Part shown: one piece after another, positions 10,771 through 24,094 of the stretch
Position numbering within the stretch: the stretch's first letter is position 1
How the letters are laid out: each line of letters opens with the position of its first letter
DNA from: Anthoceros angustus
Taxonomy: Eukaryota; Plantae; Anthocerotophyta
Assembly (NCBI GenBank): GCA_010909165.1
Contig: MU008183.1
Span: forward strand, 186,001-250,000
Length of the DNA: 64,000 bases
Direction of reading: 5' to 3'
The notes under the pieces: generated by a model
What the model was told of the DNA's origin: nothing
What the model saw: the letters and a program-made list of their open reading frames with translations, nothing else
Database searches by the model: none
Made by a program: the position numbers and the translations under genes

Positions 10771-13700
10771 GCTTTCAGGTTGCCGCTCAAGTACAGGATC
10801 CTGCGCAGGACGCTCCTGGCCAGAAGCCGAGGCCGGAGCCTCGGCTCAATCTCTGTTGAATCAATTTTCTACAGGTGAAAGAATCACGGACAGGTAAGAA
10901 CAAGGAAGACGAAGCAGCGGCGATCTAAGGCCTTGTCAGAAGCGCAAATTGAGAGCAACCCCGTCGCCTTCAAACCCCGCCCCTCCTCCGTCTTCCTCCA
11001 ATTCTCGAGATGAGCCTCCCTCACCGCACCAACCTTCCACCGCACCAGCCACAACACCTCAAAACCACCGCTAAACCCCGCCGTGTCCAAGAACACGGCA
11101 ACAAGAACAGCACTCCAACCACAACCAAAATCCCTCCTCTCCTCTCCTTTCCTCTCCTCTCCTCTCCTCCCCCGGCTGCACCGAGAATCACTCCGCCACT
11201 CCCGGACTTGCTCCAAACAATTCCAACCTCCTCTACCACACAACCAGACGCCCGGCCCGGCCCGCGCGCAACCGAAAACCACAAAGAAGCGTCGCAGCGT
11301 CGCAGGCGGTTACCCCCTGCGATCCGCGCTCCTCCTCCTCAAATTCCAAGCACTCCACAGAATTTTTGTCTCGCACAATTCCTGATCCCAGATCCGGGAG
11401 CTCTACCTTCCCTCCCGCAGAGCAAGAACAGACACTGATTCGTCTTCTTCTCACCCTCGACAGATGCAAGCAACAACTACAGAGATGCGGCACTCAGAGA
11501 GGAGGGGCCACCGGGACTCCCTTATACGACGAGCAGGGCAGAGCAGAGCGGAAATAGAAAACTGGATGCCTTCCACTCCAAGAGAGCAGAATTTATAGAA
11601 CCAGGGGAGCGAGTTTAGCAAGAAAGAGGGGAGGCGAAAGAGCCCGGCCCAGCACAGCGGAGAACAGCGCAGGAGTCAGAGGACAGAGCCGGTATTTCAC
11701 GGGAAAGCAGCGGGGAGGCAGGGCTGGCCCGGCAGGAAGGAACGGACAGGGAGGGGCAGAGGGAACGGGAACAGAGGCCGTCTGTGACCAAGCAAAGGGC
11801 GTGCGCTTGGCTTGCTGCTTCTGCTTCCGCTTCGACTGCTGCGCTGTGCGTCTCGTCTCGTCGCGTCTCGGCTCTGCCGCCTCTCACCAAACGCCTGCTG
11901 CAGGCTGCAGGATGCAGCGTGCGTCCGCCAGGAACAACTGGCAGCGAGAGAGAAGCAGCACAGAAACGAGGCAGAGCCGTAGGCCGGACAAAAAGCTTTT
12001 AATCCGCGGCTATGGCTGCCGAGCTCTCTCCTCTCGCCTTCCCTGTAGGAATCGACACCGTAATACCTGCCCCGGTAGGGTAAGTAACCCTGATGAAACA
12101 CCACCCCCGGCCCGGCCCCCGGGTAGCCGGCGGCGGCTAGCCTACCCATGGGCTGCAGGCCACACGGGCCTCGCGCCCCCCGGTCCCGCCGCTTCGAACC
12201 CGTGCCCTCCACATGGCAAAGAATCGCCGACACCCCCGGACGACCCCCGACCACCCCTAACAACCGACTTGTTTCCGTGATAGGTGTACTACTAAACGTG
12301 CTCAACCCGGATTCGATCTTGCTCAATCCGGATTCGATCCCGTGACCTACGGCTCAACATCGTCATGCTTTCCCGCAAAACCTATCGATACTTACGAAGC
12401 TTCTTAGGCTTAGGAAAGGTTACATGAAGATGTGGTGAATGAACTTGGGGAGGTGATGTTCAAGTTTCATACGATGGATTCTTCTTCTTCTTCCACACGG
12501 GGATGAAGCTGTGATATATCTTTCTAGGTGTGAATAGAATATGTGGAGACTTTATAGAAAGAACGAGAATTGAGTAGAAGAGATGTTATGTTTGGGGTAT
12601 TTTGTCGCGGGTGTTGTGAAGTTGTGAACACTAGACGGTAGGTACCCGGGGCCGGATGCGAAGCCGGTAGAAACGAAAGACGGATCGAATTTCGATTTCG
12701 TGACCAAGATCTTCTGGATACTGCAGTTCGAATTCCCAGACTTCCGCTGTGCGCAGAGCGTGTTCAGAAACTGACCAGGAATCCACACATACAGTCTGCG
12801 ATGGTAGACATACGTCCTCGCATACAGCGCCTAGCACGTGACGTGTGCAGTGCCCCTGGCTGCACGTGAGCCAACAGACCCGGTAGCCGGGTTGCTTCAG
12901 CGCATGGCGTGGCTGCCAAGCGATCGCGGGTTCGAACCTGGAAGGTGCCCGGTTGACAGGCCGCCATCCAGATACAGACGAACACGACCGCACCGCGCTA
13001 TGAGGTGAAACTTCGCATGTCTTGTATGTACGTTCAGTAGGAAACCGCTCATGTTGAATGTGACGAGACCTACCTCGCACTGGCCACCGGCATGTATGCA
13101 CTGGCTGGGCGTACTGGGCCCCGCTTCGCCCGCTTCTCCCTGCGATTCTGGCATCGGGAGAAGCGCGGGGAGAAGCGGAGGGAGAAGCGTTTCTCTCGAT
13201 TTGCGCGGAGCAGATCTAACAGAAGCATGGTGGATGACTTCCTGGGGACGTCATACCAAACTGGGGCCCCCAGAGTTGGCTCTGCTCCGCGCTGGCAGGC
13301 GGCTTCTTTCTGACCACCTTAGCGTGTGCTCCTGGGATTAGGTGTGGAAGGATCCGTGGTTGCAGCGCCACCACCACCGACCCGATTCGGGCCGGGCCGG
13401 GCCGGGCCAAGCCGAGCCAAGCCTGCCTTATCGATTGGGTTCTCCGCGTGCTCTTACGCGCTATTGGACCAAATCGCGGGCCCTGGCCTGCCACCCAATC
13501 AATCGATACGCTACCCAACTTTTTGAACAATTCCACTCAAGATTGGAAAATCGGAAATGGGAAGGAACGCTCGTAATATGCCCTGAGTTATCCGCACCAG
13601 CTGGTTAATGGAAGAGGGGGTGGGTTCCGCTCTCCCTCCCTTCCTTCTCCCTTCCCTTCGTGGTTCAAATACCTGATATATATCGATAATCCTGATATGT

Positions 13701-15739
13701 CGATAATCCTTGGGAAATTGGATCACTCTAGACTAAGATTTAACTATTGGGCAGATTACTAGATGCTTCCATATTCTAGTGTGGATGCTTTCGTATTCTA
13801 GTGTCGTTGATATCAACATAATACAAACAAATAATCCTACAAACATGCTACCCACAAAAGAATGATCCTACGGACATGGTACCCACAAAAGAATGTTTCA
13901 TAAATGACATTAACATCCCGTAGCTTAAATATAATATGAGAGAAAGATAGAGAATATGTGACATTGTAAAGTGAGAATGGCACTTTTGAGCTCCTTCCCC
14001 GAGGCACTTTTGTTGTTCTTTGAGGAAGTGGTACAGGGAAGCATGGGATGGGTACAAGTGACACACCTTCATACGGAAGCATGCACACAACAAGACAACA
14101 AACTTTTTGTTTGGGATTCTGGATTTGGAAATTGGGGTAGAAATAGAGGCACAAAAAAAGGCCAACAACAAAGTCCAAAGAAGGAAGCTGGGCCCATAAA
14201 AGAGGCCTAGACAAGAATCTCCTCCCATCTTAAACAAACAGCCCCACATTTGGATTGGATAGGACTAAGAATCTTATGTGCCTACTCATTGACCCTCCCT
14301 TCCACTCACTCAAGTTTGTCCACTTGACAAACATACGTGGCATTCTTCTAAGCTCTAGAATCTTGGTGTATCAAACATAAATGATAAATTAAAATCAGAT
14401 TGATCATTTATTAGTTTTAAATTTAATTTTAAAATTCCTTTTCCTCGATCGTACGGTCGTACTTATTAGGTATGGGTAGAACCTTGAGGCGTGTCTTGTC
14501 ATAAAATATTACTGGAAGGTCTTGCATCTCGCATGGAGGAAAATTGCAGAAAAGTAAAAATTGTGGAGTACATTGTTTCCGGGGGTGGGAATAAAGCTCT
14601 GCAAGGGGCGAGCGTGGGGCCGGGGGTACTGGACGGTAACTGTATATATCCATCCGGACCGGGAATCAGGGTTAGGGTGACTCCACGCGGTTGGGTCCAG
14701 CCAGGCTGGTAGCCCGTGACAGTCACCTCGGGACACTCCATCCCCATCATTTGCTGCCAGACAAAGGGAGCTACCCGATTTCGGCTTCTATTTCTGGCGG
14801 CGTGCGCCAAACTTGCTGCTATTATAAGGCCCAACTGGGGCCTAACTCTGGCCTAGCCCCTGGAACACACAACTGTTCGCAGACCGCCATGTGGCGGGGC
14901 GTTGTACAGAGCAACAGGTTTTTCTATGGAATAAAAACAAGGAAGACTGTATCTCAAGTAGATCTGTGGTACTGGTACCATTCTTCTGCAGGCTTGCTGC
15001 TGGATCCCAGGCTGCCATGTGCCCTGTAAAGTGGTATTAGGCGTTTACTACAGAGATACACTACCCATTTGCGGTGCCTATTTGCCACATCCCGGTGGGT
15101 CTCACAGGACCCACCTCCCTTGTACATTGCTGGAGTCCGATCGACTCGCAAGCTCTCCTCAGTCTTTTTTTGCAGGGCCGAGGATGTGTGGTTGCTGCCT
15201 GCGCATGTTGGATGCCTGGGCTTCGCAGAGATAGGATATGGTGACGGGTTGCTGGCTTCTGTCACCGCATTGGTGCATACAAGAGTATCTCAAACTGTGC
15301 TGGTCATCCTTCATAATTGTCACAACCTCAGGTCTCAACTTTGCCTTGCCGTCTGTGTGTCTTCGTCCCTGATTACTCGAACCTGTGGGGAAAAAAATTG
15401 CTGGAAATTGGATCCAGCTTGGCCGTGTGAAACAAGTGGTCAAACTGGTTGCAAGTGAGCCGAACTTGTCACGCAGCTCTTGCAGCACTTCAATCAACAG
15501 CCGACAAAAGCACCATACGGATGTTGTTCACAATAGTTTACTGATGTTGAACGAATCAAACTGCTTTCCGCTCTTGCCTTTGATGCCAAAGCACTTGAAA
15601 TCCTATCTGCACATGGAAGTTGCGGGGACAGCTGTTTTGCAAACAAGCACAGCAATAATTGCTCAAATTGTGAATTTTAGATGAACAAATGTACAGGTTC
15701 ACCAGAAGTTGACGAGGAACAGCCTCAAGCATGCTCGCT

Positions 15740-16350
15740 GTCATCAAGTCTGTCGCCAATTTGAGCACACACAAAAGTTAATGATTTCCAAATACAGATT
15801 CTCTTTGCACCAGATTGCTGAACACGGATCTCATCCAAAAGCTCTAGGCATCGGATTTACACTTCTCCTGAATCATTTTAACAGGAACAACACTTGGGAT
15901 GTGCTGCCAAGACTAAGGTTGTACTTATGCAATGAATGTACATACTGCACTTTTAGGCTAGTGCAAACCTGAGCAGAGACATCAACATCCCCTTACCTCC
16001 TCCCAGGAAACTCCTTTCCTTCTCGAGTTTATCGTTACATTTGTCCATTCCCTCAAGACACGCGCATTCAGGTCTGCCAGGTTGCAGTCGCAAAAGCAGA
16101 CTTCTTTTTTCTTCCATCTCTTGTCCTCTGCAGGTAAGAAACGTGGTGATTCCAGATAGCATCTGCATCATCCTTCCCATCGCCAACGAGGCTCATCATG
16201 GCTAACCTTGCTATTCAATCCGCTGAAGCTCGCAAGTCTTGCAAGAAGAGAGTTCCAGTAAATTCCAGTCAGGCTTTTGGATTTCGTCACAGAAAACATC
16301 CTTCACGCTGTTGAAGCACGAGCTTTGCCCTGTCAAAGCTTTTGCGTTGT
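15740..16350 (-). pseudogene. Degenerate SABATH methyltransferase relic
   Basis: Fragments match the neighbouring SABATH in the same order: GQSSCFNSVKDVFCDEIQKPD vs GQAHLFHRVKHVFCEEIQKMD; RGQE...LLLRLQPGRPE vs RAQE...LLLLLPGRPE; EKCKSDA*...MRSVFSNLV vs EKCKTDP...MRSMVNNLV. Confidence 0.65.
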
Positions 16351-17042
16351 CTTCATGAACTTCTCCAACAATGCCGGTGGTTGCAAGCGAGCTCTCAGTC
16401 TCCCATCGCCTCGCTGAGTTAGTGATCAATGTCGTGAAGCCAGCACCTGGTAGTCGATTCCCTGGTGGCTCTGCGTCATACAACAAGACACCAGTATTAC
16501 TCACGACGACACTACAGCACTACAAACTGCAAACCTCGGAGCATATAACTTGTCGTGCAATCTCATTCAGATTTCCTCCACTTCCTGCAATGCTTGGACT
16601 TTGGAGACAGAACATTTTGTCCGGAACACCTGCCACATCAGTTGTGTCTTGCTTTGAACACTATGCATCAGTGGATGAGAAAGGCATCCAGCTTGCTGGC
16701 TATGGACCAGCAACCATAGCGGTAAGTAGCTCGACTCTTATCAATATCAATACAATCTGCATGCTCACAGAAGAAGTATCGAAGCCGGAGAAGAGTGTCA
16801 AGACGTGAGAGAAAGTCCGAGTTGAATTTCGCCTAGAGCCGGTACCACATTGCTCCACTTCGAGTCAAAGCCGCTGGGAGACTGAGTTCACTTGCACTGA
16901 CTGCGGTTTCAACAGGTAAACGTGTTGCTAACATCTCCAGTCCCATAGTCTCAAACTTCTGATGGTAGGGTTCGTGGAGTAGCAACATGCAGCATCGATC
17001 TGTCCCTGCAACATGCCAGACTTTCAGCAAGAGTCGGAGGAG

Positions 17043-17106
17043 GAGCAGATCCCTCTGCTGTCAAGTCACGAGCAGATCCCTCTGCTGTCAAGTCACGAGC
17101 CGATCC
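17043..17106. repeat. 27-bp tandem repeat, about 2.3 copies
   Basis: Unit gagcagatccctctgctgtcaagtcac occurs twice, followed by a partial copy. Confidence 0.85.
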
Positions 17107-17443
17107 CACCTGTTCTAACCCTGCAACCTCACAAATCCTTTAAACCATGCCAAAGAACATCAACAATCAACCTAATGTTGAGGAGAACACAGACTAGTTA
17201 ACTTTCAGTTAGATCTAAATTTAAAAAGCTCATATATAAAACTACCTTTATTATATACATCCCAAAAGTTCGTCGCACCAACTGCGATGGATTTGAGACT
17301 TCTCCACTGGACCTTAGAGGTCCAGAGGGAACTATTTCGAGCGTTCATCTACATAACTGAACTATGGAACGCACTCCCTGTCAGATCTGTGTGTCAAAGC
17401 TCTAGGGTGGGAAACGACGAATCCATCAATACTGCTGTAAGAC

Positions 17444-18854
17444 TTATTTGCAAACAAGAACAAGAGCTATCAAACTTATCTCGGCGTTACACAAGCCCTC
17501 ATTTGCACGTTCAGTGATCATTTCCGCCAATCTAGAGAATAACAAGTTGGTGAGGGGCAATCCGAGCTGCATCTTAACCAGATTGTTGACCATGGATCTC
17601 ATCACATTGCACCAGGTTTTGCCAAAGCTACAAGGATCAGTCTTGCACTTCTCCGTCAGTTCTGGAGGAAAAAAGGGGAGGTCACCGAAATACTCCATGC
17701 GTCTGATCTCAAAGCGGTCTGAAGTCAGGCAGTGGGCGTTGGCATCCTGTATTGACTCCTTCACCTCCTCCATGGTTGGTTCATACACAGGAACGTTGAA
17801 TTTATCTCTGTCTTCTGAGTCAATCTCTCCCTGCGATGCACAAAAACAGATCCATCACTGAATTGTCCTTACCCAGAGTGCACTGCACAAGATTTGAGTC
17901 AGAATTGGTTTCTCATAACCCTACCTCCTTCACCAGTACGTTCCATGTCTCCTCGAGGAACTTTAATGGTCCCATCTCACGTTGGCAGTCCTCAGGTCTG
18001 CCTGGCAGCAGAAGCAAAAGCAAACCTCCTGCTGCCACCTCCTGTGCTCGGCACATCAGAAACCTGGTAAAATCCTTCTTGAACTGATGAGCGTACTCTG
18101 TCACTGTCTGTGAAGTGGCGCCTGTAAGCCATATTCTCCCACGATTGAAAGCAGGGGAGTTGCGGTCCCGCACAGGAGGAGGAACCTACGAAGTAAAATC
18201 TCCCATAAGAGCCCAATGCGAAAAAAACACGTCTCATCTAGAACCCACAATTTGCAGTGCCTTTAGAAGTGTACAGACCACAAAACATGCCATTGTTTAC
18301 ACCAAAAGAAGCTAACGAGGAGGATCAGTAGGCAGATTGTGAGTTACCTGAGACAGCCAATGAAGGGCCAGGATTGATGTCCCAACATGCAGCATGTTGC
18401 TTGGGAAGAGCCTCTTGTGAAATGAACCGGGTACTCCAGCCACAAGATATCCATCGGCAGTCTTATCCGGAGCTTCGTCTACAAGGCAGCTGGATGGCCT
18501 CAAGAGCCGGAACAAACTATTGAAGTCGTTACCAGGCAGATCCGCGAAGAAAGCCATAACTTCAGGCATGACGGTCTTCACGGAGTCGTCAATTGCATAC
18601 CGCCCCTTAATCGCCTCAAAGATGGTGCCCATGGTAGAGATGGTGTTGAAACCAGAAGCGCATCCGAAGTCTGCCATATACAGACTCACAGGAGGCTGAT
18701 CTGGTGCATTGACAGGCAAGCCGTCCATCTTCTGGATTTCCTCACAAAAGACATGCTTCACACGGTGGAAAAGATGAGCTTGGCCCTGTGAACAACTGGC
18801 GTAGCTCCAAGTACTGTTTCCGCTATCTCCCCCCATTGCCAGTGCGGATGCCAT
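17444..18854 (-). CDS. SABATH family (Methyltransf_7) carboxyl methyltransferase; exons ~18854-18348, ~18210-17925, 17830-17444
   Basis: Motifs MADFGCASGFNT, FFADLPGNDFNSLF, AGVPGSFHKRLFP, ALHWLSQ|GT, QFKKDFTRFLMCRAQE, FNVPVYEPTMEEV. Canonical splice sites at 18347, 17924 and 17831. The start could lie further upstream in the same ORF. Confidence 0.92.
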
Positions 18855-20017
18855 GTCCTGAGCCTCTCTTCGTCTGCAATCTACTTGACATGGTAACTTT
18901 TCCATGTTAGCCAGCTTCACTCTGGCAATTGGTTCACATTCCTCGTCCTCGTGATCCATCACCGGCGGATCTATGGCATCCCTTTGCACCTGCATCTTGC
19001 AAGCTCTGCTAACAAATTCTCTTCAAATTCAATTCTCGGGAGCTGCAATTCCAAACTCCTTCTTGCCTACAGGTCCTCAAAGCACCTGGACCTCGGCACG
19101 ACAAGTTCCGAAGTCATCAATCACAGGAGCTGGAGTTCCGAGGTTCTGCAAAACGTGTACTACACAGCACTGAATCCTAGATGCCCACAAAATGAGCACC
19201 CGAAGCAGAGCAAATGAGCATATTCATGACCTACTACAGGTCCTGCCATTCCAACTTCAAACCGAGAACATCTCACACCTTTTTACCAGTAACTTCAGGG
19301 CGAGAGCACCTCATTGATCCAGAATCGGTGGATGGACGAGGCCATAGACTTGTGGGCTTGAAGGAGGTGTTCGAGTCAAGCTGGATGGGATTACGCAGAG
19401 CGCAGACTGCAGTTCCCCAGATGGCTGTTTGAGTCACTGCGAGTCGAACATCGTTACGTGTCGGAAAGGGCGCTGGATGAAAAAGAAGTTACTCGCAACA
19501 CAAATGGATATCGTAAAAGAAATTTCGCCATCCGGCTTACTACAAATCAGATAGAAGCTGCAGGTGCAGGCTTCTACATAATGTAATGTATTTCTTTCCT
19601 CCTGGAAAAGGAGGCTTATTAGCTAGGCACATATACATCAGTAATTTACTACCCAAAGTTACCCCCACACAATTCTATCTTCCGGTCCTCATCTGGCGTC
19701 TCCACCAGAAAAGTTACCGCGGCACACAATTTTATCAAGTTATGGTCCTCGTCGACGCGTCAAGCAGCTTCAGCGAGGCTTGTGAAAGACGATCTCCAGC
19801 TTGCGACGCGGAGTCTGGATATGGAACCTTTGTGTCACTGCAACCACAAAGGAACACTGTTTTTGTCATGGACGTGAAGGCAAGGCTCAGCCTGGCATGG
19901 AAAAGCCACACTGCAAGACAGCAAAATGAAGAGGAAAAGGAGCGCTTGAAAGAGTGGAAGACTGTCAAAGCTAGAAGCAGGGAAGGCGCAGGAAGAAGAT
20001 TACCCGGCTCCAGTTCT

Positions 20018-20488
20018 TCATACTCGTCTAGCGAAAGGGAGGGCAATTCCTGGCAGCTGTTCCTCGGCTTCTCGCCACATGAGGGTGGTAAAGATTCTGC
20101 GCATGCCCTGCACAGCATCGTCCATCTCTTTTTGAGAGTCTGAGTCCTCGATCTCCGCCTCGTGATCGGAAAGGTCAGGGTAGTCGTTACCGAACTGTTC
20201 AACTTCATCGATCTCCATCTCCGTGTGCTGGTTCTCGATGGACGATCCCGACGCCTCGGCCTCGGCCCCTCTACCGCTGTTCTCCAGCGTCTCCTCGGAA
20301 GCCACGCCCTCCCCTCTCGGATCCGAGCTCCCGCCGGCTACGGCAGAGTCGGGCCGGGAGGACTGGCCGGCCTCAAAGTCGTCGTCGTCGTGGTCAGGCC
20401 GAGCCGGAGCCTTGCCCTTTTGCTCGGCTGAGAACCGAGACAGAGGCAGGCGGGAGCGCGGGCTGTGGCCTTCTCCGAAACCGTCCAT
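20018..20488 (-). CDS. Uncharacterised acidic ORF (~156 aa from ATG 20488), possibly TE-derived or a pseudogene
   Basis: Coding-like D/E/S-rich composition from MDGFGEGHSPR. No family recognised. Confidence 0.35.
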   Translation of the reverse strand: MDGFGEGHSPRSRLPLSRFSAEQKGKAPARPDHDDDDFEAGQSSRPDSAVAGGSSDPRGEGVASEETLENSGRGAEAEASGSSIENQHTEMEIDEVEQFGNDYPDLSDHEAEIEDSDSQKEMDDAVQGMRRIFTTLMWREAEEQLPGIALPFARRV

Positions 20489-22129
20489 GGCGAGAATGCG
20501 GGCCTGCTCGAAGGAGCGAAAGCAAGAGCGCAGAGAGAGCGAGAGAGCAGGAAGCAGCAAGATCGCCGAGAGCAAGAGCAGGAGACGAGGGAAGCTTGGA
20601 AGCTTGGAAGACCGAAAGCTGGAAGGCGTGGAGAAGTGCGAGCTGGAGGCCGGTATTTATAGTCGCCATGGCATGGTTTCACTTCGAGGTAAGAAGAGGG
20701 ATTGACACGCGCAAGCTTCTCCCCTCCAGGACGCAGCAGTAGGTAATCGGAAGGACAGATTGTCTGCACCGCAAGCATTGAAGATGCTCAGGGTACTCAC
20801 CGCTGCCCTGTGGATTCTTTCTGCATGCTGTCCTGACGAGGAGCAGCAGTGTCCTGTCTGGCTCAACTCCGGGAAGGCAGAGGGCGGGTTAGCTCGTCGT
20901 CCGGTCCTTTGAGGTAATCCGATGCCCCGGACTTCCATCCCTTCCAATCAGCTCTCGGAAGTACAACCTACCTCCTTCGATCAAACCATGCGTGAGGTAG
21001 GTTAATTTCCGCAGCTGCAGCTGCAGCTGCACAGCCCTGCCCCCCCTTGCACCTGGCCTGGCTGCACACACCAGTCATCAGAGCGAGCGTTGAACATGGC
21101 TGTCCTTCCCTGCCTTAATTGCCTCTCGAATCACTTCTCCATGCGCAGCAGTAGTTTCAGGAAGCTGTCCTCGGTACTTCTCTTCTCCTAGCTTGCTTAA
21201 CTTAGGGTTTATAATTGTGGAGCAACCAGTGCTGCTGTTTGCAAGATGGATAGTTTTTACAGGTCTCCTTGCAAGCCATCAAGATAGGTCTGGATTTTCT
21301 CACATTCATGCACCTTGCAATGTTCTTGGCCTTGGAGTAAGTCCCGATTCCAATTCCAGGCTGAGATTTCGACATGCTCACGCTGAGATTGTGAGGGAGA
21401 TGCATCGATTTCCAAGTGTGTTTGTAAACCCGATTGCCGAAGGGACAAGCTTCCTCCGAGTATCGTGAGCGTGGTCCCTGGTTACAACGCTGAGTTGCTG
21501 CCGGAGGGAGCTTGCCGGCAGGTGGGAAATGGTACATGAGTAAGATAACGGGAGCTGGTCCTGCAAGCTTGTGGAAGGATGCATTGAGGTTGCGTCGCTC
21601 AAGCAGCTACTTCCTCATTGCTGGATTAAGCGAAGTTGCTGAAGGTACGCGGTGAAGAGCCGGGCCCTGGGCCCCGGCCGTCCGTCCCGAGTGCGGTCGG
21701 AGACGTAGTGGGAGCGGATGAGCAGGGGCGCGGCAGGGCAGGACCGGTCGGGGCCCGCCCCCCGGTCCGGCGGCTACGTCCGATTCCCATTAACGCTGTC
21801 AGGGAGAGGCCCAGTGCTGGCCGGTGGACGTCGCCATCGCCACTAATGCTCCCTCGCTCGCCCGCCTCGGCCTGGCTTAAGCCTTGCTCCCCGTTCACAT
21901 GGCTTCCCAGCGTTACACGTTCTCGCGCAGTCTTGCAGCCTCGCGGCCATACGGCCCGGCCCCTCTTATAACGGAAGTCTGGAAGCCTCGCGAGTCGCAG
22001 CCTCATGGCTTCTCGTATAACAAGATTTTGGAATCCGCAATTGGAGTGATCAAGTAAGTATTGGTGGTTGGAACGTAGAGCTCAAACAAATTATTTAACT
22101 TCGACATGTTTGTGCAACACCTATTACAT

Positions 22130-22630
22130 AACAAGATGGTTGCAGACTTACGGATAGATATTTATAGTGGTACAATCAAAGCTCCAGACATGCTCATGCT
22201 CCATCTTCTCGAGGATCATATTATCACTCGTGATGTTGTGATATTGAGCATAGATATTCATAGTGGGACCATCAAAGTTCCAGACATGCTCATGTTCCGG
22301 ACATGCTCATGCTCTATCTTCTCAAGAATTATATCATGACTCGTGATTTTGTGACGTGGATAGTGTATAGCCTGTTGTCCTACTACGTACATATGTTCAA
22401 TTCAACTTCCTACATCTCTTGTGTGACAATCCAACGGACTTCCGGACTGCCGGACTTCCGACATCTCTTGTGTCATGGTCCAACACGTTGTGTACATATG
22501 TACATACTATGACCTGGATAGTGTATAGCCTGTTGTCCTACTACGTATGTACTTACAATTCAACTTCCGACATCTCTTGTGTGACAATCCAATGGACTTC
22601 CGGACTTCCGACATCTCTTGTGCCATACAC
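22130..22630. repeat. Two sets of imperfect local direct duplications (~110 bp and ~155 bp units)
   Basis: tagatatt..tagtgg..caatcaaag.tccagacatgctcatg occurs twice. tggatagtgtatagcctgttgtcctactacgta...ggacttccgacatctcttgtg occurs at ~22357 and ~22515. Confidence 0.8.
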
Positions 22631-23420
22631 GTACTATGTACTCACGTACATAGTACGTGAGTATGTTCACCATCTGTTGTTGGACCAATCAACTCCCAAT
22701 ATTCAATGAACTTCTAACATTCTTTTTATCACGGTAGAACTTCTCACATTCCCCTCCTTGTAACGTTATTTTTAAGTTTTTGACTATCCTTTTCAATGTT
22801 GAACTTTCCGACATTCCTTGAGCTTATTGTATCCTAAGGTTTTTTTTCATTGTCCTGCTTGCGACATTCCTTGCGCTTACTCCAATGTTATTTTGATACT
22901 ACACTTCTAACACTTCCCCCTAGCAACTTTCCTCACGCCTACTCCTAATTTCTTTTCAACATTAAACTTAATTATTCTCAATAGCTTTTCATTGAACTTG
23001 AAACTTGTGACATTGCTTACGCTTATATATTCCCAAGTTCTTTTTGATTAAACTTTGGACACTTCGTGCTTTGACATTCCTTTGGCCTTTTTTTTTTTTA
23101 ATTTGGTATTTTGAAAATAAATCAAAACAACCCCGGGGGAGAAATCTTGAGCAAGGGTTCTGATTCCCCTATGTTACACATCGTATCATCCCAACAGGAA
23201 GAGACACATCGTATCCTTTGGCCTATTGTACAGTTTTTTTCCATTAAACTCGGACACTCCATGCCCCAGTGGCATTCCTTGCAATTTTTCAATCTCCTTC
23301 ATAAAATTTCTCACACTCCTTGTTCGAAACATTCCGTCCACGTGCACCTATTTCCAAGTTCCTCCAGACATTTCTTATGTTTATAAATATGATCGGGCTA
23401 GAACCCGGAGTAGCTTAGCT

Positions 23421-24015
23421 TAAGGGTGCGTCCGTCTTTCGTTTTTGAAGGTTTCCATGGGTGCGCCTATCTGCCATTTTTAAGGTTTTGTCACGCGTTC
23501 GAGGTCAAATTACAATAAAAAAAGATATCAAAAGATCCGCATTTCAAAGTCCTTTCAAATGACATATTTTTTCTAATGTTTGACTTGCGATACGCTGGTC
23601 TACTAACGCACTCATCCAAGGGTGCGTCGTCTTTCGTTTTTGAAGGTTTCCATGGGTGCGCCTATCTGCCATTTTTAAGGTTTTGTCACGCGTTCGAGGT
23701 CAAATTACAATAAAAAAAGATATCAAAAGATCCGCATTTCAAAGTCCTTTCAAATGACATATTTTTTCTAATGTTTGACTTGCGATACGCTGGTCTACTA
23801 ACGCACTCATCCAAGGGTGCGCGCGTCTACCATTTTTGAAGGTTTTCTTAGGCATCCGAGGTTGGATTACAATGCAAAAGCACCTAGCGAATTTCAAAGG
23901 CCTTTCAAATGAGATTTTTTTTGTAACCTATGGTCGGTCTCCCGGTGCACTCATCCACAGGTGTGTCGGTCTATCGGCGTACCCGCGCACTCATCCACGG
24001 GTGCGCCGGTCTATC
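23421..24015. repeat. ~195-bp tandem array: two near-identical units, one diverged unit and short hairpin subunits
   Basis: aagggtgcgtc...ctactaacgcactcatcc is repeated from ~23422 and ~23618, with a diverged third copy from ~23813. Confidence 0.9.
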
Positions 24016-24094
24016 GGTTGAAAAAATGCTCATATGAATGCAAGTGCTTACCTCATGTGACATTCTCAACATCACCGAGAGTGTATGTGTCGAA

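Noticed and set aside
12886-12952. tRNA-like GGTTCGAACC with ccgggt/gcccgg ends
   Set aside because: No proper D or anticodon arm and wrong spacing between T arm and acceptor stem; at most a B-box-like motif.
11010-13726. Many overlapping GC-rich ORFs upstream of ADC
   Set aside because: Low-complexity GC/CT-rich leader or promoter-type DNA gives spurious open frames; no protein signal.
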